From a bacterium (GTDB taxonomy: Bacteria > Bacillota > Clostridia > Oscillospirales > CAG-272): DNA of 64,000 nt. Of the stretch, positions 47,957-57,484 are shown piece by piece (within the stretch, counting starts at the first letter, position 1; each line of letters begins with the position of its first letter). The stretch spans positions 73,878 to 137,877 of the forward strand of contig CAVGEY010000002.1 of assembly GCA_963628435.1 (NCBI GenBank). The letters run 5' to 3'. The position numbers and the translations under genes are program-made. The notes beneath the pieces were generated by a model. That model made no database searches, was not told where the DNA came from, and saw only the letters and a list, made by a program, of their open reading frames with translations.

Positions 47957-50566
47957 ATGACTCCTCACACAAGTCCGATTGACGAACTGCTCGCCTCTTT
48001 GTCGACAAGCAAAGAAAACGGGCTGGATCCGGCGAAAATCGATGAGCTCCGCGCGAAATACGGGCCGAACCGTCTGCGCGAGAAAAAGAAGAAATCGCTT
48101 GCCGCCAGATTCATCGATCAGTTCAAAGACGTAATGATTCTCATACTCATCGCGGCGGCGATTGTCTCTTTTGCCGTTGCCTGCGCAGAGAAAGATCCGA
48201 AAGGCTTTGTTGAGCCTATACTGATTCTCGTAATCGTAATCGTAAACGCGATAATCGGTATGCTTCAGGAGAGCAAAGCCGAAAAAGCGCTCGAAGCGCT
48301 GAAAAATCTGTCCGCGCCGCACGCACGTGTTATACGCGGCGGAGTCGAAAGCATAATCGATGCCGCAGATCTGCTGCCCGGCGACATAATAAAGCTCGAA
48401 GCGGGTGATTTTGTCCCCGCAGACGCGCGGCTTATAAGTTCCGCGGGACTCAAATCCGAAGAATCGGCACTTACGGGCGAATCGGTACCGAGCGAAAAAG
48501 ACGCCCGCGCCGAAGTCGGTGAGTCGGCTCCTCTCGGAGACAGAGCCAACATGGTTTTCTCGGGCTGTGCGATAAGCTACGGAAGCGGTCTTGCCGTTGT
48601 CACGGCAACCGGTATGAACACCGAAATGGGTAAAATCGCCGGTCTGCTCGAATCGGCGGACGACGGACAGACTCCCCTTCAGTTAAAGCTTGCCGCTATG
48701 GGCAAATATCTCGGATTTGTTGCGCTTGTTGCCTGCGCAATCATCTTCATTATAGGACTTGCAAGCGGAATCCCGCCGATTGACATCTTTATGACGGCAG
48801 TATCGCTTGCGGTATCGGCAATTCCCGAAGGACTTCCCGCAATCGTTACCATTGTTCTCGCAATCGGAGTTCAGCGGCTTGTCAAGAAAAATGTAATTAT
48901 CCGCAGACTTCCCGCAGTCGAAACTCTCGGCTCGGCATCGGTAATCTGCTCGGATAAAACGGGTACGCTTACCCAGAACAGAATGACTCTTGTCAAAGCA
49001 TATACCGAAGAGGACGGTCTTTGCAAAATATCCGCCGAAAACAAGGAGGCAACCGACAAACTGCTCCTTTACGGCACCCTCTGCTGCGACGGCACGGTCG
49101 TATTCGAGGAAAAAGGTGTCCGTCATATCGGCGACCCGACCGAAACCGCGATTGTGCTTGCGGCTCACAACGCAGGCATGGACAAGGCGGCGCTTAACGA
49201 AAAATATCCGCGTATCGGAACGATACCGTTCGACTCAGACCGCAAGCTGATGAGCGTCATCTGCGAGATTGACGGCAAGAAAATCGTAATCGTCAAGGGC
49301 GCATACGATGTCATGCTGACAAGATGCACCGCGGGAAATGCGGCGGCTGCCGGAAAATTCTGCGAAGAGATGAGCGAATCCGCGCTGCGTGTTCTCGCAA
49401 TCGGATACAGAGAGCTTGACAGTCTGCCCGACACGCTTGTATCCGAAGAAATCGAAAACAATCTTACATTCATGGGACTTGTCGGCATGATCGATCCGCC
49501 GCGTCCCGAAGCAAAATCGGCTGTCGAAATCTGCCGCAAGGCAGGCATCAAGCCCGTTATGATTACCGGCGACCATGTTATCACGGCATCCGCAATCGCG
49601 AAAGAACTCGGAATACTCGAGGCGGGCGACATGGCGATCACGGGCGCACAGCTTGACGCAATGAGCGATTCCGAACTTGACGCGTCAATCGAAAAGATCG
49701 CGGTTTACGCGAGAGTTTCTCCCGAAAACAAAATCAGAATCGTGCGCGCATGGCAGAGAAAAAATCAGGTTGTCGCAATGACCGGCGACGGCGTAAACGA
49801 TGCCCCCGCGCTCAAAGCCGCCGACATCGGATGCGCGATGGGTATAACCGGAACCGATGTTGCGAAAGGTGCCGCCGACATGACACTTACCGACGACAAC
49901 TTCGCAACGATAGTCGATGCGGTCCGTGAAGGCAGAGGTATTTTCGCAAACATAAAGAAGGTTATCGGATTCCTGCTCGGAACGAATATAGGCGAGGTGC
50001 TCACCGTATTTACCGCGATGGTAATCTGGCATGAATCACCGCTGCTTTCGATGCAGCTCCTCTGGATTAACCTCGTGACAGACGGTATGCCCGCGATTGC
50101 GCTCGGCATGGAAGCTGTCGAGAAAGACGTTATGATCGGCAAGCCGAAGCCCAAAAACGAGGGAATATTCGCCCACGGATTCGGCCTCAGAACAATTCTT
50201 CAGGGATTCCTGTTCGGCGGTCTGTCGATTGCGGCGTATGTAATCGGCAAAAAATTTGCCGGGGTTGACGGCGGTCAGACGCTCGCGTTCATGGTTCTCG
50301 CGCTTTCGCAGATTGTTCAGGCGTACAATATGAGAAGCGAGCATTCGCTCTTCAAAATCGGTGTGTTCTCGAACAAGATGCTCAACAAAGCGGCTCTTCT
50401 GTCGATTGTCCTTATGGCGGCAGTTCTCTTTACTCCCCTTTCGACTCTGTTCGGACTCATCTATCTTGACTGGTATGTCTATCTTATCGGACTCGCGCTT
50501 ATCCTCACACCCTTACTTGTAATGGAATGTTCAAAGGCGTTCGGTCTTATAAAGCATCACAACTGA
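47957..50566 (+). CDS. Cation (calcium-type) translocating P-type ATPase
   Basis: CSDKTGTLTQNRMT phosphorylation site, TGES, MITGDH, GDGVNDAPALK, ten-TM layout. TTGCAA-17-TACAAT promoter at 47860-47888. Alternative start at 47948. Confidence 0.9.
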   Translation: MTPHTSPIDELLASLSTSKENGLDPAKIDELRAKYGPNRLREKKKKSLAARFIDQFKDVMILILIAAAIVSFAVACAEKDPKGFVEPILILVIVIVNAIIGMLQESKAEKALEALKNLSAPHARVIRGGVESIIDAADLLPGDIIKLEAGDFVPADARLISSAGLKSEESALTGESVPSEKDARAEVGESAPLGDRANMVFSGCAISYGSGLAVVTATGMNTEMGKIAGLLESADDGQTPLQLKLAAMGKYLGFVALVACAIIFIIGLASGIPPIDIFMTAVSLAVSAIPEGLPAIVTIVLAIGVQRLVKKNVIIRRLPAVETLGSASVICSDKTGTLTQNRMTLVKAYTEEDGLCKISAENKEATDKLLLYGTLCCDGTVVFEEKGVRHIGDPTETAIVLAAHNAGMDKAALNEKYPRIGTIPFDSDRKLMSVICEIDGKKIVIVKGAYDVMLTRCTAGNAAAAGKFCEEMSESALRVLAIGYRELDSLPDTLVSEEIENNLTFMGLVGMIDPPRPEAKSAVEICRKAGIKPVMITGDHVITASAIAKELGILEAGDMAITGAQLDAMSDSELDASIEKIAVYARVSPENKIRIVRAWQRKNQVVAMTGDGVNDAPALKAADIGCAMGITGTDVAKGAADMTLTDDNFATIVDAVREGRGIFANIKKVIGFLLGTNIGEVLTVFTAMVIWHESPLLSMQLLWINLVTDGMPAIALGMEAVEKDVMIGKPKPKNEGIFAHGFGLRTILQGFLFGGLSIAAYVIGKKFAGVDGGQTLAFMVLALSQIVQAYNMRSEHSLFKIGVFSNKMLNKAALLSIVLMAAVLFTPLSTLFGLIYLDWYVYLIGLALILTPLLVMECSKAFGLIKHHN

Positions 50567-50579
50567 TAAGAAATGCGGT

Positions 50580-50615
50580 AAAGCCGTCTGCGTATGCGGA
50601 CGGCTTTATTTTTAT
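50580..50615 (+). terminator. Intrinsic terminator
   Basis: Stem AAGCCGTC...GACGGCTT followed by TATTTTTATTTT. Confidence 0.75.
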
Positions 50616-50691
50616 TTTCGCAGGACAGTCTTGAATATTGCATTTTGCCCTGCTCCGTAGTATAATATCCGAAGAGAAAGGCTGGGATAAT

Positions 50692-51891
50692 ATGTATAAC
50701 AAAGAAATGTATGCGCTCGGTGCGACCGGATCGGTTATAAGAGAAATTTTCGAATACGGACGAAAAAGAAAAGCGGAGATCGGTGAGGAAAATGTTTTCG
50801 ATTTTTCGCTCGGCAATCCGTCAGTTCCCGCCCCTGCCGAAATCGGGAACTGCATAAAAAATCTGGTTGATACCGCCGACACGCTTGCGCTGCACGGATA
50901 TACTACCGCGAGAGGTGATACCTCCGCAAGAAAAAGCATTGCCGACAATCTGAACAGGCGATTTTCCGCATCTTTTTCGGCAGACGATTTATATCTCACA
51001 ATGGGTGCCGCCGCATCCCTTATGTCGGTTTTCCGCGGTCTCTGCGAAAAAGAGGATGAATTTATCGTTATATCGCCCTATTTTCCCGAATACAGGGTAT
51101 TTGTCGAATCGGCGGGCGGAAAGCTCGTTGAAGTTCCCGCAGACAAAGCCGGAAATTTCGCGCCCGATATTTCGGCAATCGACAAGGCGATCAACCCGCA
51201 CACGAAGGCGGTTATAATCAATTCGCCGAACAATCCCACGGGCAGAGTATATACCGAAAAAGAAATCGCCGAACTTTCAAATCTGCTCGAAAAGCGGTCA
51301 GAAGGGCGTGATCCGATTTTCCTTATTTCGGACGAGCCTTACCGTGAGCTTATATACGGCGGCATCGGCTATCCGTTTGTAACAAAATATTATAAAAACA
51401 GTATCGTCTGCTATTCTTACAGCAAGTCGCTCTCGCTTGCGGGCGAGAGAATCGGCTATGTGCTGTTCTCTCCCGATCTTGACTGTCACGATGAAATATA
51501 CAAGGCGGTTGCGGGTGCGGCACGCTCACTCGGATATGTCTGCGCACCATCCCTTTTCCAGCATGTCATAGAGAAATGCGCCGACTGTTCATGCGACATC
51601 TCGGCATACGAGCAAAACCGCGAAACGCTCTGCAAAATTCTCGATGAACTCGGATTCGAATATGTAAGTCCGGACGGAGCATTCTATCTCTTTTTGAAAT
51701 CTCCCGATCCCGACGAAAACAGATTCTGTGAGATTGCGAAGAATTTTGAGCTTCTGCTTGTTCCGTCCGAAAGTTTCGGAGTGCGCGGCTATGTGAGAAT
51801 TTCCTACTGCGTTGACCGCCTTATGATCGAGCGTTCGGCGGCGGCTTTTGCCAGACTCGCCGACCGATGCGGTTTGCGAAAAAAAGCATAA
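50692..51891 (+). CDS. PLP-dependent aminotransferase, class I/II (aspartate/aromatic type)
   Basis: Start MYNKEMYALG. FSLGNPSVP, NSPNNPTG, YSYSKSLSLAGERIGY (PLP lysine), RISY. Confidence 0.88.
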   Translation: MYNKEMYALGATGSVIREIFEYGRKRKAEIGEENVFDFSLGNPSVPAPAEIGNCIKNLVDTADTLALHGYTTARGDTSARKSIADNLNRRFSASFSADDLYLTMGAAASLMSVFRGLCEKEDEFIVISPYFPEYRVFVESAGGKLVEVPADKAGNFAPDISAIDKAINPHTKAVIINSPNNPTGRVYTEKEIAELSNLLEKRSEGRDPIFLISDEPYRELIYGGIGYPFVTKYYKNSIVCYSYSKSLSLAGERIGYVLFSPDLDCHDEIYKAVAGAARSLGYVCAPSLFQHVIEKCADCSCDISAYEQNRETLCKILDELGFEYVSPDGAFYLFLKSPDPDENRFCEIAKNFELLLVPSESFGVRGYVRISYCVDRLMIERSAAAFARLADRCGLRKKA

Positions 51892-52000
51892 AAATTCGGC
51901 AGAATTTCGGCTTCTGATAATAAAAGTGCGAATATATCTTGACAAAAGTTAAAATAAATGTTAAAATATGCAACAAATCAAGAAAAAGAAGGGCGTTTTT

Positions 52001-52492
52001 ATGAAAAAGTTTTTCAAAGAATTCCGTGACTTCATCAACAAGGGAAACGTAATCGACATGGCAGTCGCCGTTATCATCGGCGCGGCGTTCTCACCGATTG
52101 TCACCGCACTCGTAAACAATATAATCATGCCTCTCATCGGCAAGCTCGTCGGAAATATGGACTTTTCCGAACTCAAGACCGTGCTCACACCGGCCGTGCT
52201 TGACGAAGCGGGCAATGTTGTTACCGAAGAGGTTGCCATCGGATGGGGCGTGCTCATCGGTGCGATTCTCAACTTCCTTATCGTTTCGTTCTGCATCTTC
52301 CTTCTGCTCAAGGTTCTCCTTGCAGCCAAAGAAGGCGGCGAAAAGCTGATTAAGCACGGCAAAAAGAAAGAGGCGGCTCCCGCAGAGCCCGAAGCTCCCG
52401 CAGAACCCGAAGCTCCCGCAGAACCCGTTGAGACAGATGTTGATCTTCTCCGCGAAATCCGCGATTTGCTCAAAGATCAGAAGAAAGACTAA
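52001..52492 (+). CDS. mscL: Large-conductance mechanosensitive channel with an extended C-terminus
   Basis: MKKFFKEFRDFINKGNVIDMAVAVIIGAAF is the canonical MscL N-terminus. The C-terminal PAEPEA x3 repeat extends it to 163 aa. Confidence 0.9.
   Translation: MKKFFKEFRDFINKGNVIDMAVAVIIGAAFSPIVTALVNNIIMPLIGKLVGNMDFSELKTVLTPAVLDEAGNVVTEEVAIGWGVLIGAILNFLIVSFCIFLLLKVLLAAKEGGEKLIKHGKKKEAAPAEPEAPAEPEAPAEPVETDVDLLREIRDLLKDQKKD
52376..52429 (+). repeat. 18-bp tandem repeat x3 inside mscL
   Basis: GCTCCCGCAGARCCCGAA repeated three times (the last unit ends GTT), encoding APAEPE x3. Confidence 0.9.
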
Positions 52493-52504
52493 AGTGAAAT
52501 CGGC

Positions 52505-52536
52505 AAAGCAGACCGTGAAAATCACGGTCTGCTTTT
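52505..52536 (+). terminator. Intrinsic terminator of mscL
   Basis: Stem AGCAGACCGTGA / TCACGGTCTGCT followed by TTTT. Confidence 0.85.
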
Positions 52537-52618
52537 ATGAATAATTTACATTTCGCCGCTTGAATCGAGTCTGCTCCGATGTTAAACTTAAGATATATGA
52601 GTTACAGAGGTGACATAA

Positions 52619-53002
52619 GTGAAAATTCAAAAGTCTGCCGAAGATTATCTTGAAATGATACTCATACTCGAGAAAAGACTCGGCTTTGTCAGATCGATAG
52701 ATATCGCAACCGAACTCGGCTTTTCGAAGCCGTCGGTGAGTGTCGCGATGAAAAATTTAAGAATGAGCGGATATATCGATGTCGATGCCATGGGCGGCAT
52801 TCATCTTTTGGATTCGGGCCGTGAGATTGCCGAACGCATGCTTGAACGGCACACGACGATTTCGAGCATTCTTATGAAAATCGGCGTGTCCGCCGAAACG
52901 GCGGCAGACGATGCCTGTAAAATCGAGCATGTGATAAGCGCCGAAAGCTTCGATGCAATAAAACGGTATGCGGAAGCCGCAGCCGAAAAAGATAAAAATT
53001 AA
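52619..53002 (+). CDS. DtxR/MntR-family metal-dependent transcriptional regulator (short form)
   Basis: SAEDYLEMILILEKRLGFVRSIDIATELGFSKPSVSVAMKNL is the typical DtxR-family HTH. GTG start. TTGAAT-17-TAAACT promoter upstream. Confidence 0.85.
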   Translation: MKIQKSAEDYLEMILILEKRLGFVRSIDIATELGFSKPSVSVAMKNLRMSGYIDVDAMGGIHLLDSGREIAERMLERHTTISSILMKIGVSAETAADDACKIEHVISAESFDAIKRYAEAAAEKDKN

Positions 53003-53112
53003 AGCAAGAATACGGGGTACCCCTGCGGTTTCGCTTTGCGTGAAAACAACCGTCTTTTGATACTGTTGTATTAAGCCGCACCGTGTTTATAACCCGACAA
53101 GAGGAGATATTT

Positions 53113-54000
53113 ATGAACGGAAAAGTGACCGTGCTGTATGATTTAAGCGGCATTGCCATACCCGACGATATGCTGAAAACCGATGTTGACGCGCGCGATG
53201 TCGAGGAGAAAGTTCAGTCACTGAGCGTAAGCTGCGCAAAGGCAGTCGATGTTTCGGCTGCGGAGTACGGCGATGTTGTTCACTGCTCTGCCGACGGCGC
53301 CGTCTATCCCGACCGACGCACTATTCTGCTGTTTACGGGAACGGCTCTTCCGGGAGCCGAGGAGGCGGCAAAAGCCGCTGTCGGCAGTAAAATCGGCGAT
53401 CTGCTGACAGTCAATATAAACGGCAAATCGGCCGGGCTGACCGTGCGGCGCATTGTCCGCCGCATTCCCGTTGCCGTTGACGATGCTCTGATTTCAAGTC
53501 TCGAAATCCCGGGGGTGAGCACGGTAGATGACTATCGCGTCTATGTTATGCGGCAGATGCTGGACGACCGCCGCATGGAGAACAAAAAGAAAATCACCCG
53601 ACTCATTCTGGACACCATGATTGAACGCAGCGTTTTCGATTATGATGAGAAAGAGCTGAACGACGATATAGATCGCAATATGGACGCGGCGCTTGCCGAG
53701 TATGCCGCCGACTGTCCGGATGTTACACCCGAGGAAATTCGCGACAGTATGATTCTGCAGTCCAAAGAGGTCTGGCTGGCGAAGGCCGTCTGCGAAAAAT
53801 ACGGCATTACCGTAGACACCGCCGCAATAGAGGATCAGGTAAACCAAATGACCGAGGTGATGAGCCTTACGGGCGAAGAGGTGCCGAGCAAAGAGGAACT
53901 GTTTGAAACATTCAGCGAGGGCGAGTACATAAACGGCATGTTCACCGTCATCAATCGGTTTATAGATGAGAAAACGGAGGGCGACAATGGCAGTAACTGA
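53113..54000 (+). CDS. Trigger-factor-like protein lacking the N-terminal ribosome-binding domain
   Basis: Start after the GAGGAG RBS. By-eye similarity to the trigger factor PPIase region (GDVV...LPGAEEA..G.KIGD) and its C-terminal helical arm (DDALISSL...TVDDYR...). Confidence 0.45.
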   Translation: MNGKVTVLYDLSGIAIPDDMLKTDVDARDVEEKVQSLSVSCAKAVDVSAAEYGDVVHCSADGAVYPDRRTILLFTGTALPGAEEAAKAAVGSKIGDLLTVNINGKSAGLTVRRIVRRIPVAVDDALISSLEIPGVSTVDDYRVYVMRQMLDDRRMENKKKITRLILDTMIERSVFDYDEKELNDDIDRNMDAALAEYAADCPDVTPEEIRDSMILQSKEVWLAKAVCEKYGITVDTAAIEDQVNQMTEVMSLTGEEVPSKEELFETFSEGEYINGMFTVINRFIDEKTEGDNGSN

Positions 54001-54304
54001 ATTAAAAGAAGAAGAATGGCGAAAATTCTCTCAGGCAGACTACGCCGTGATTGACTGCTTCGGCGATAACTGCGCGGCATGCGTAATGCTTGCTCCCGTG
54101 TTCGATGCACTCGCAAACGAGCTGACCGGCATCGATTTCGGGCGGATTAACATCTCGGTCTATCCCGAAATCGCCGATCTTCACGGGGTGAACGCGATGC
54201 CCACACTGCTCTTTTTCCGTAAAGGAGAACTTGTGCATCAGGCAATCGGAAGCATGGAACGTGAAGAACTGCTTTCCCATGTTGCGAAACTCCTGTACGA
54301 ATAA
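53987..54304 (+). CDS. Thioredoxin-family protein with a CAAC active-site motif
   Basis: VIDCFGDNCAACVMLAPVF...MPTLLFFRKGE thioredoxin-fold pattern. Overlaps the upstream gene by 14 nt. GGAGGG RBS. Confidence 0.75.
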   Translation: MAVTELKEEEWRKFSQADYAVIDCFGDNCAACVMLAPVFDALANELTGIDFGRINISVYPEIADLHGVNAMPTLLFFRKGELVHQAIGSMEREELLSHVAKLLYE

Positions 54305-54508
54305 AAATTCGGATGAAAACGGGCAAAGCCCGTTCGAATACCGACGACAGTAAGCCTTATCAAAGGACGGACGGCTGCCGGCCGTGCCGCACCGAACGGA
54401 AACCGAGTATAATGTATCTGCGAATAATTCAAGGCGCAGATTCCCGATTTTATGAGATATTGCCTTGCAGGCATATTATAAAGAAAAATTTAAGGAGAAA
54501 ACAAAAAA

Positions 54509-55600
54509 ATGAAAAAGCTGATTTGTGTTATGCTGGTACTTCTGCTCTCCCTCTCTCTTGCGAGCTGCAGTCTGTTCAGCAGCGATTCGGTTCTGAAGCT
54601 GGGAGATTATTCTTACAGCGATCCCAAAGATTTTGAGTACGACAACCGCGTCGTTCTCTGCAACGATGATTTCGGCGCAACACTGGCAGATTATTACAAT
54701 GCCTCTGCTTACCCCGACACGCTGATTTACGGCGATGACGGCAGCATCATCGGTATGTACAACTACGATCCCGAAACAGGACTTGCCGTCGGCTGGAACG
54801 ATTTTTCGACAGGTGCCTATACCGAATATGAGGCAGGCGCAGAGGTAAATCTCGGCATGCCCGACGAATCTCTCATGATTTCAATCGCGGGAAAAGTCAG
54901 CCTCTATTTTGTGGTTTACGACAAGGACAGCATCGCAAATGACGCATGGATGTATGTAATGCTCGAAGATGCCGCCGACAAGGACAATGTTATCACCGCT
55001 ATGGACGGAGTTTTCGGCATCGCCCTTACCGCGGAAAGCGACACCGTTCTTAAGAGCGAAATCAACGCCGAAAGCATAACCGCAACATTTGATGATATGG
55101 AAAGCTTCGGCGACAAGGTTGACAGCCGCGATGCAAATGCCTACGCGACCGTTCTCATGCAGAATTACGGTGTAACCGCGTATGGCGAATCCGCAAGCGC
55201 CTACACTCCCTACGACGGACACAAAGATCCCGCCGATCTGGACTACGATCAGCGCGTGGTGCTGGTCGGCTCCGCGGAAATGGCCGTTGACGAGGGATAC
55301 ACTCAGGATGTTTCACTCATGACAACCTATGTCTACGGCAAAGACGGTGATACCGTTGCCGTATACACCTATTACGAATGCCCGTCAAAGGATGCGGCAG
55401 ACGAACTTATGACCGTTGCCGACAAATTCTTCTTTAACCCCGTACGTTTCTCGGATACTGTCATTCAGGCATCTTTGACAGGCGATGAGATGCAGGAAGC
55501 TCTGAGCCAGTACATCGGCTACACTGTTCTTGCGGACAAATCGGTTGACGAATATGTCCGTATGATTAAAGAAACCTACTACTCTGTCGTCTGCGACTGA
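54509..55600 (+). CDS. Hypothetical lipoprotein with an internal duplication
   Basis: Lipobox SLSLASCS. Two related modules (DFEYDNRVVLCND...MYNY and DLDYDQRVVLVGS...VYTYY). Confidence 0.6.
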   Translation: MKKLICVMLVLLLSLSLASCSLFSSDSVLKLGDYSYSDPKDFEYDNRVVLCNDDFGATLADYYNASAYPDTLIYGDDGSIIGMYNYDPETGLAVGWNDFSTGAYTEYEAGAEVNLGMPDESLMISIAGKVSLYFVVYDKDSIANDAWMYVMLEDAADKDNVITAMDGVFGIALTAESDTVLKSEINAESITATFDDMESFGDKVDSRDANAYATVLMQNYGVTAYGESASAYTPYDGHKDPADLDYDQRVVLVGSAEMAVDEGYTQDVSLMTTYVYGKDGDTVAVYTYYECPSKDAADELMTVADKFFFNPVRFSDTVIQASLTGDEMQEALSQYIGYTVLADKSVDEYVRMIKETYYSVVCD

Positions 55601-55744
55601 TAAATTCAAAGGATGCCGTGCGTCGGGCAGCCCCGCGCATGGCATCCTTTTTCAGATTTGATGTTAAACACCCGAAAGAGCGAGCCGCAAAAGACATCGG
55701 TCTGCTGTTCAACTTTGTTACAAAAGCGAGAGGAAACGACTCCT

Positions 55745-57484
55745 ATGCAACGAATAAAAGAAAAAAAGCGCGACAACTGGAAAGAGCTGTTTCAAACCAT
55801 TCACAAACTCCGCCTGCCGTGGGCATGGATTATTGTGGGACTCGGTCTGAACATGATTTTAAGTCAGCTGATGCTGGAGCTGCCGACCACAACATCCGAG
55901 CTTATGAGCGGCAATATCAGCGGATCTGCGCTGACGCGTGCCATCCTATACTACATTGTGCTGGGACTTATGTCATTTGTTATGGTCACAGGTCAGGTGC
56001 AGGCGCAGTCTTACAGCGCAAAACGCACGCGTAAGGCGGTGTGGAACAAAATGCTCGGTCTGCGCATGGAGTTCTTTGACAAAAACGATCCGTCCGAACT
56101 GATGAGCGCAATGATTAACGATGCCGGAACATCGGCGCAGAAGCTTGTCAATGTACTGATTTATCTCATTCCCGACATTTATTATGTCATTGCGGCGCTT
56201 ATCCGCATACGCGGCTATCACTGGATTTTGGCGGTATCCTGCTTTTCCATGCTTCCGCTCAAATATCTGTACGCCCTGATCATGGGACGATATGTGCAGG
56301 ACAGCAACGCGAAGGTCTATAACAAAATCGGCACACTTACCGGCTATCTGTCCGACCGAATCAGCCATCTGCCGCTCATCAAGGCCTATACGAACGAAGC
56401 GGAAGAAGAGCAAAACGGCCGTACCGCCTCAAGAAATCTGCTGAACGCATATATGAAGCTGGTGCATCTGGACAATATTTCAATCGGCGCAGCGGCGATA
56501 ATCGATATTCTTCAGAAATTTATCGTGGTTGTCGTGGCGGTTATTCTGCTCAGGCAGGGAAAAATCGACATCACAATCTGGCTTGCGTTTTTCCTGTTCT
56601 CACAGAATCTGTTCACGCGTATGGATGAAATTTTCGATTTCTGGATTCGTATAAAAACCGTTCACGGCAGTTTTCACCGCATCATCGCAATCATGAACGC
56701 TCCCGATGAGGAAGGCGGTGCCGCTCTGCCCCTGCCCGATAACGGCGATATTGTTTTTGATAATGTGAGCTTTACCTATCCGAACACCGACACCCCTGCC
56801 ATGAAAAATGTTTCTTTTACGGTTCCGAAAGGAAGCTGTACCGCAGTTGTCGGTCTGTGCGGAAGCGGAAAAACGACATCAATCAGCTTACTTGAAAGGT
56901 TTTATGTTCCCGACAGCGGTCGGATATTGATTGGCGGGACCGACATCGGGGAAATTTCTCTTGCCGATTATCGAAAGCATTTTTCTTATGTGCAGCAGGG
57001 AGCGGAGATTTTCAGCGGCAGTCTGAGAGATTCTCTGACCTACGGCATCGACCGCGATCCGACAGATGAGGAAATTTTCGCCGCGGCAAAACAGACCGGA
57101 TTTGATGAATACCTTGCCCTGTGCGGCAATGATTTGAACACCGATGTGTCATCGGGCGGCGTATCTATGTCGGGCGGTCAGCGTCAAAGGCTGGTTCTTA
57201 CCCGTGAGCTGCTGCGCGGCGGAGATATAATTCTGATGGATGAGCCTACATCTGCTCTTGATGTGCTTGTTTCCGCCAAGATTCAGCAGACCATTGACAC
57301 CGTATTTGCGGGCAAGACACGCATCATAGTAACTCACGATCTCGATCTTGCGAAAAAGGCCGATCGGATTCTTGTGATGAACGCGGGAGAGCTTGTCGGC
57401 GACGGCAATCATGAAACGCTGACGGAAAACTGCGAAATCTATAAAAAACTGGCAGAGAATGCGGAAAAGGAGGCAGAACAATGA
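55745..57484 (+). CDS. ABC exporter, fused permease/ATPase (half-transporter A)
   Basis: Six-TM domain plus an NBD (GLCGSGKTT, MSGGQRQR, ILMDEPTSALD). Confidence 0.88.
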   Translation: MQRIKEKKRDNWKELFQTIHKLRLPWAWIIVGLGLNMILSQLMLELPTTTSELMSGNISGSALTRAILYYIVLGLMSFVMVTGQVQAQSYSAKRTRKAVWNKMLGLRMEFFDKNDPSELMSAMINDAGTSAQKLVNVLIYLIPDIYYVIAALIRIRGYHWILAVSCFSMLPLKYLYALIMGRYVQDSNAKVYNKIGTLTGYLSDRISHLPLIKAYTNEAEEEQNGRTASRNLLNAYMKLVHLDNISIGAAAIIDILQKFIVVVVAVILLRQGKIDITIWLAFFLFSQNLFTRMDEIFDFWIRIKTVHGSFHRIIAIMNAPDEEGGAALPLPDNGDIVFDNVSFTYPNTDTPAMKNVSFTVPKGSCTAVVGLCGSGKTTSISLLERFYVPDSGRILIGGTDIGEISLADYRKHFSYVQQGAEIFSGSLRDSLTYGIDRDPTDEEIFAAAKQTGFDEYLALCGNDLNTDVSSGGVSMSGGQRQRLVLTRELLRGGDIILMDEPTSALDVLVSAKIQQTIDTVFAGKTRIIVTHDLDLAKKADRILVMNAGELVGDGNHETLTENCEIYKKLAENAEKEAEQ

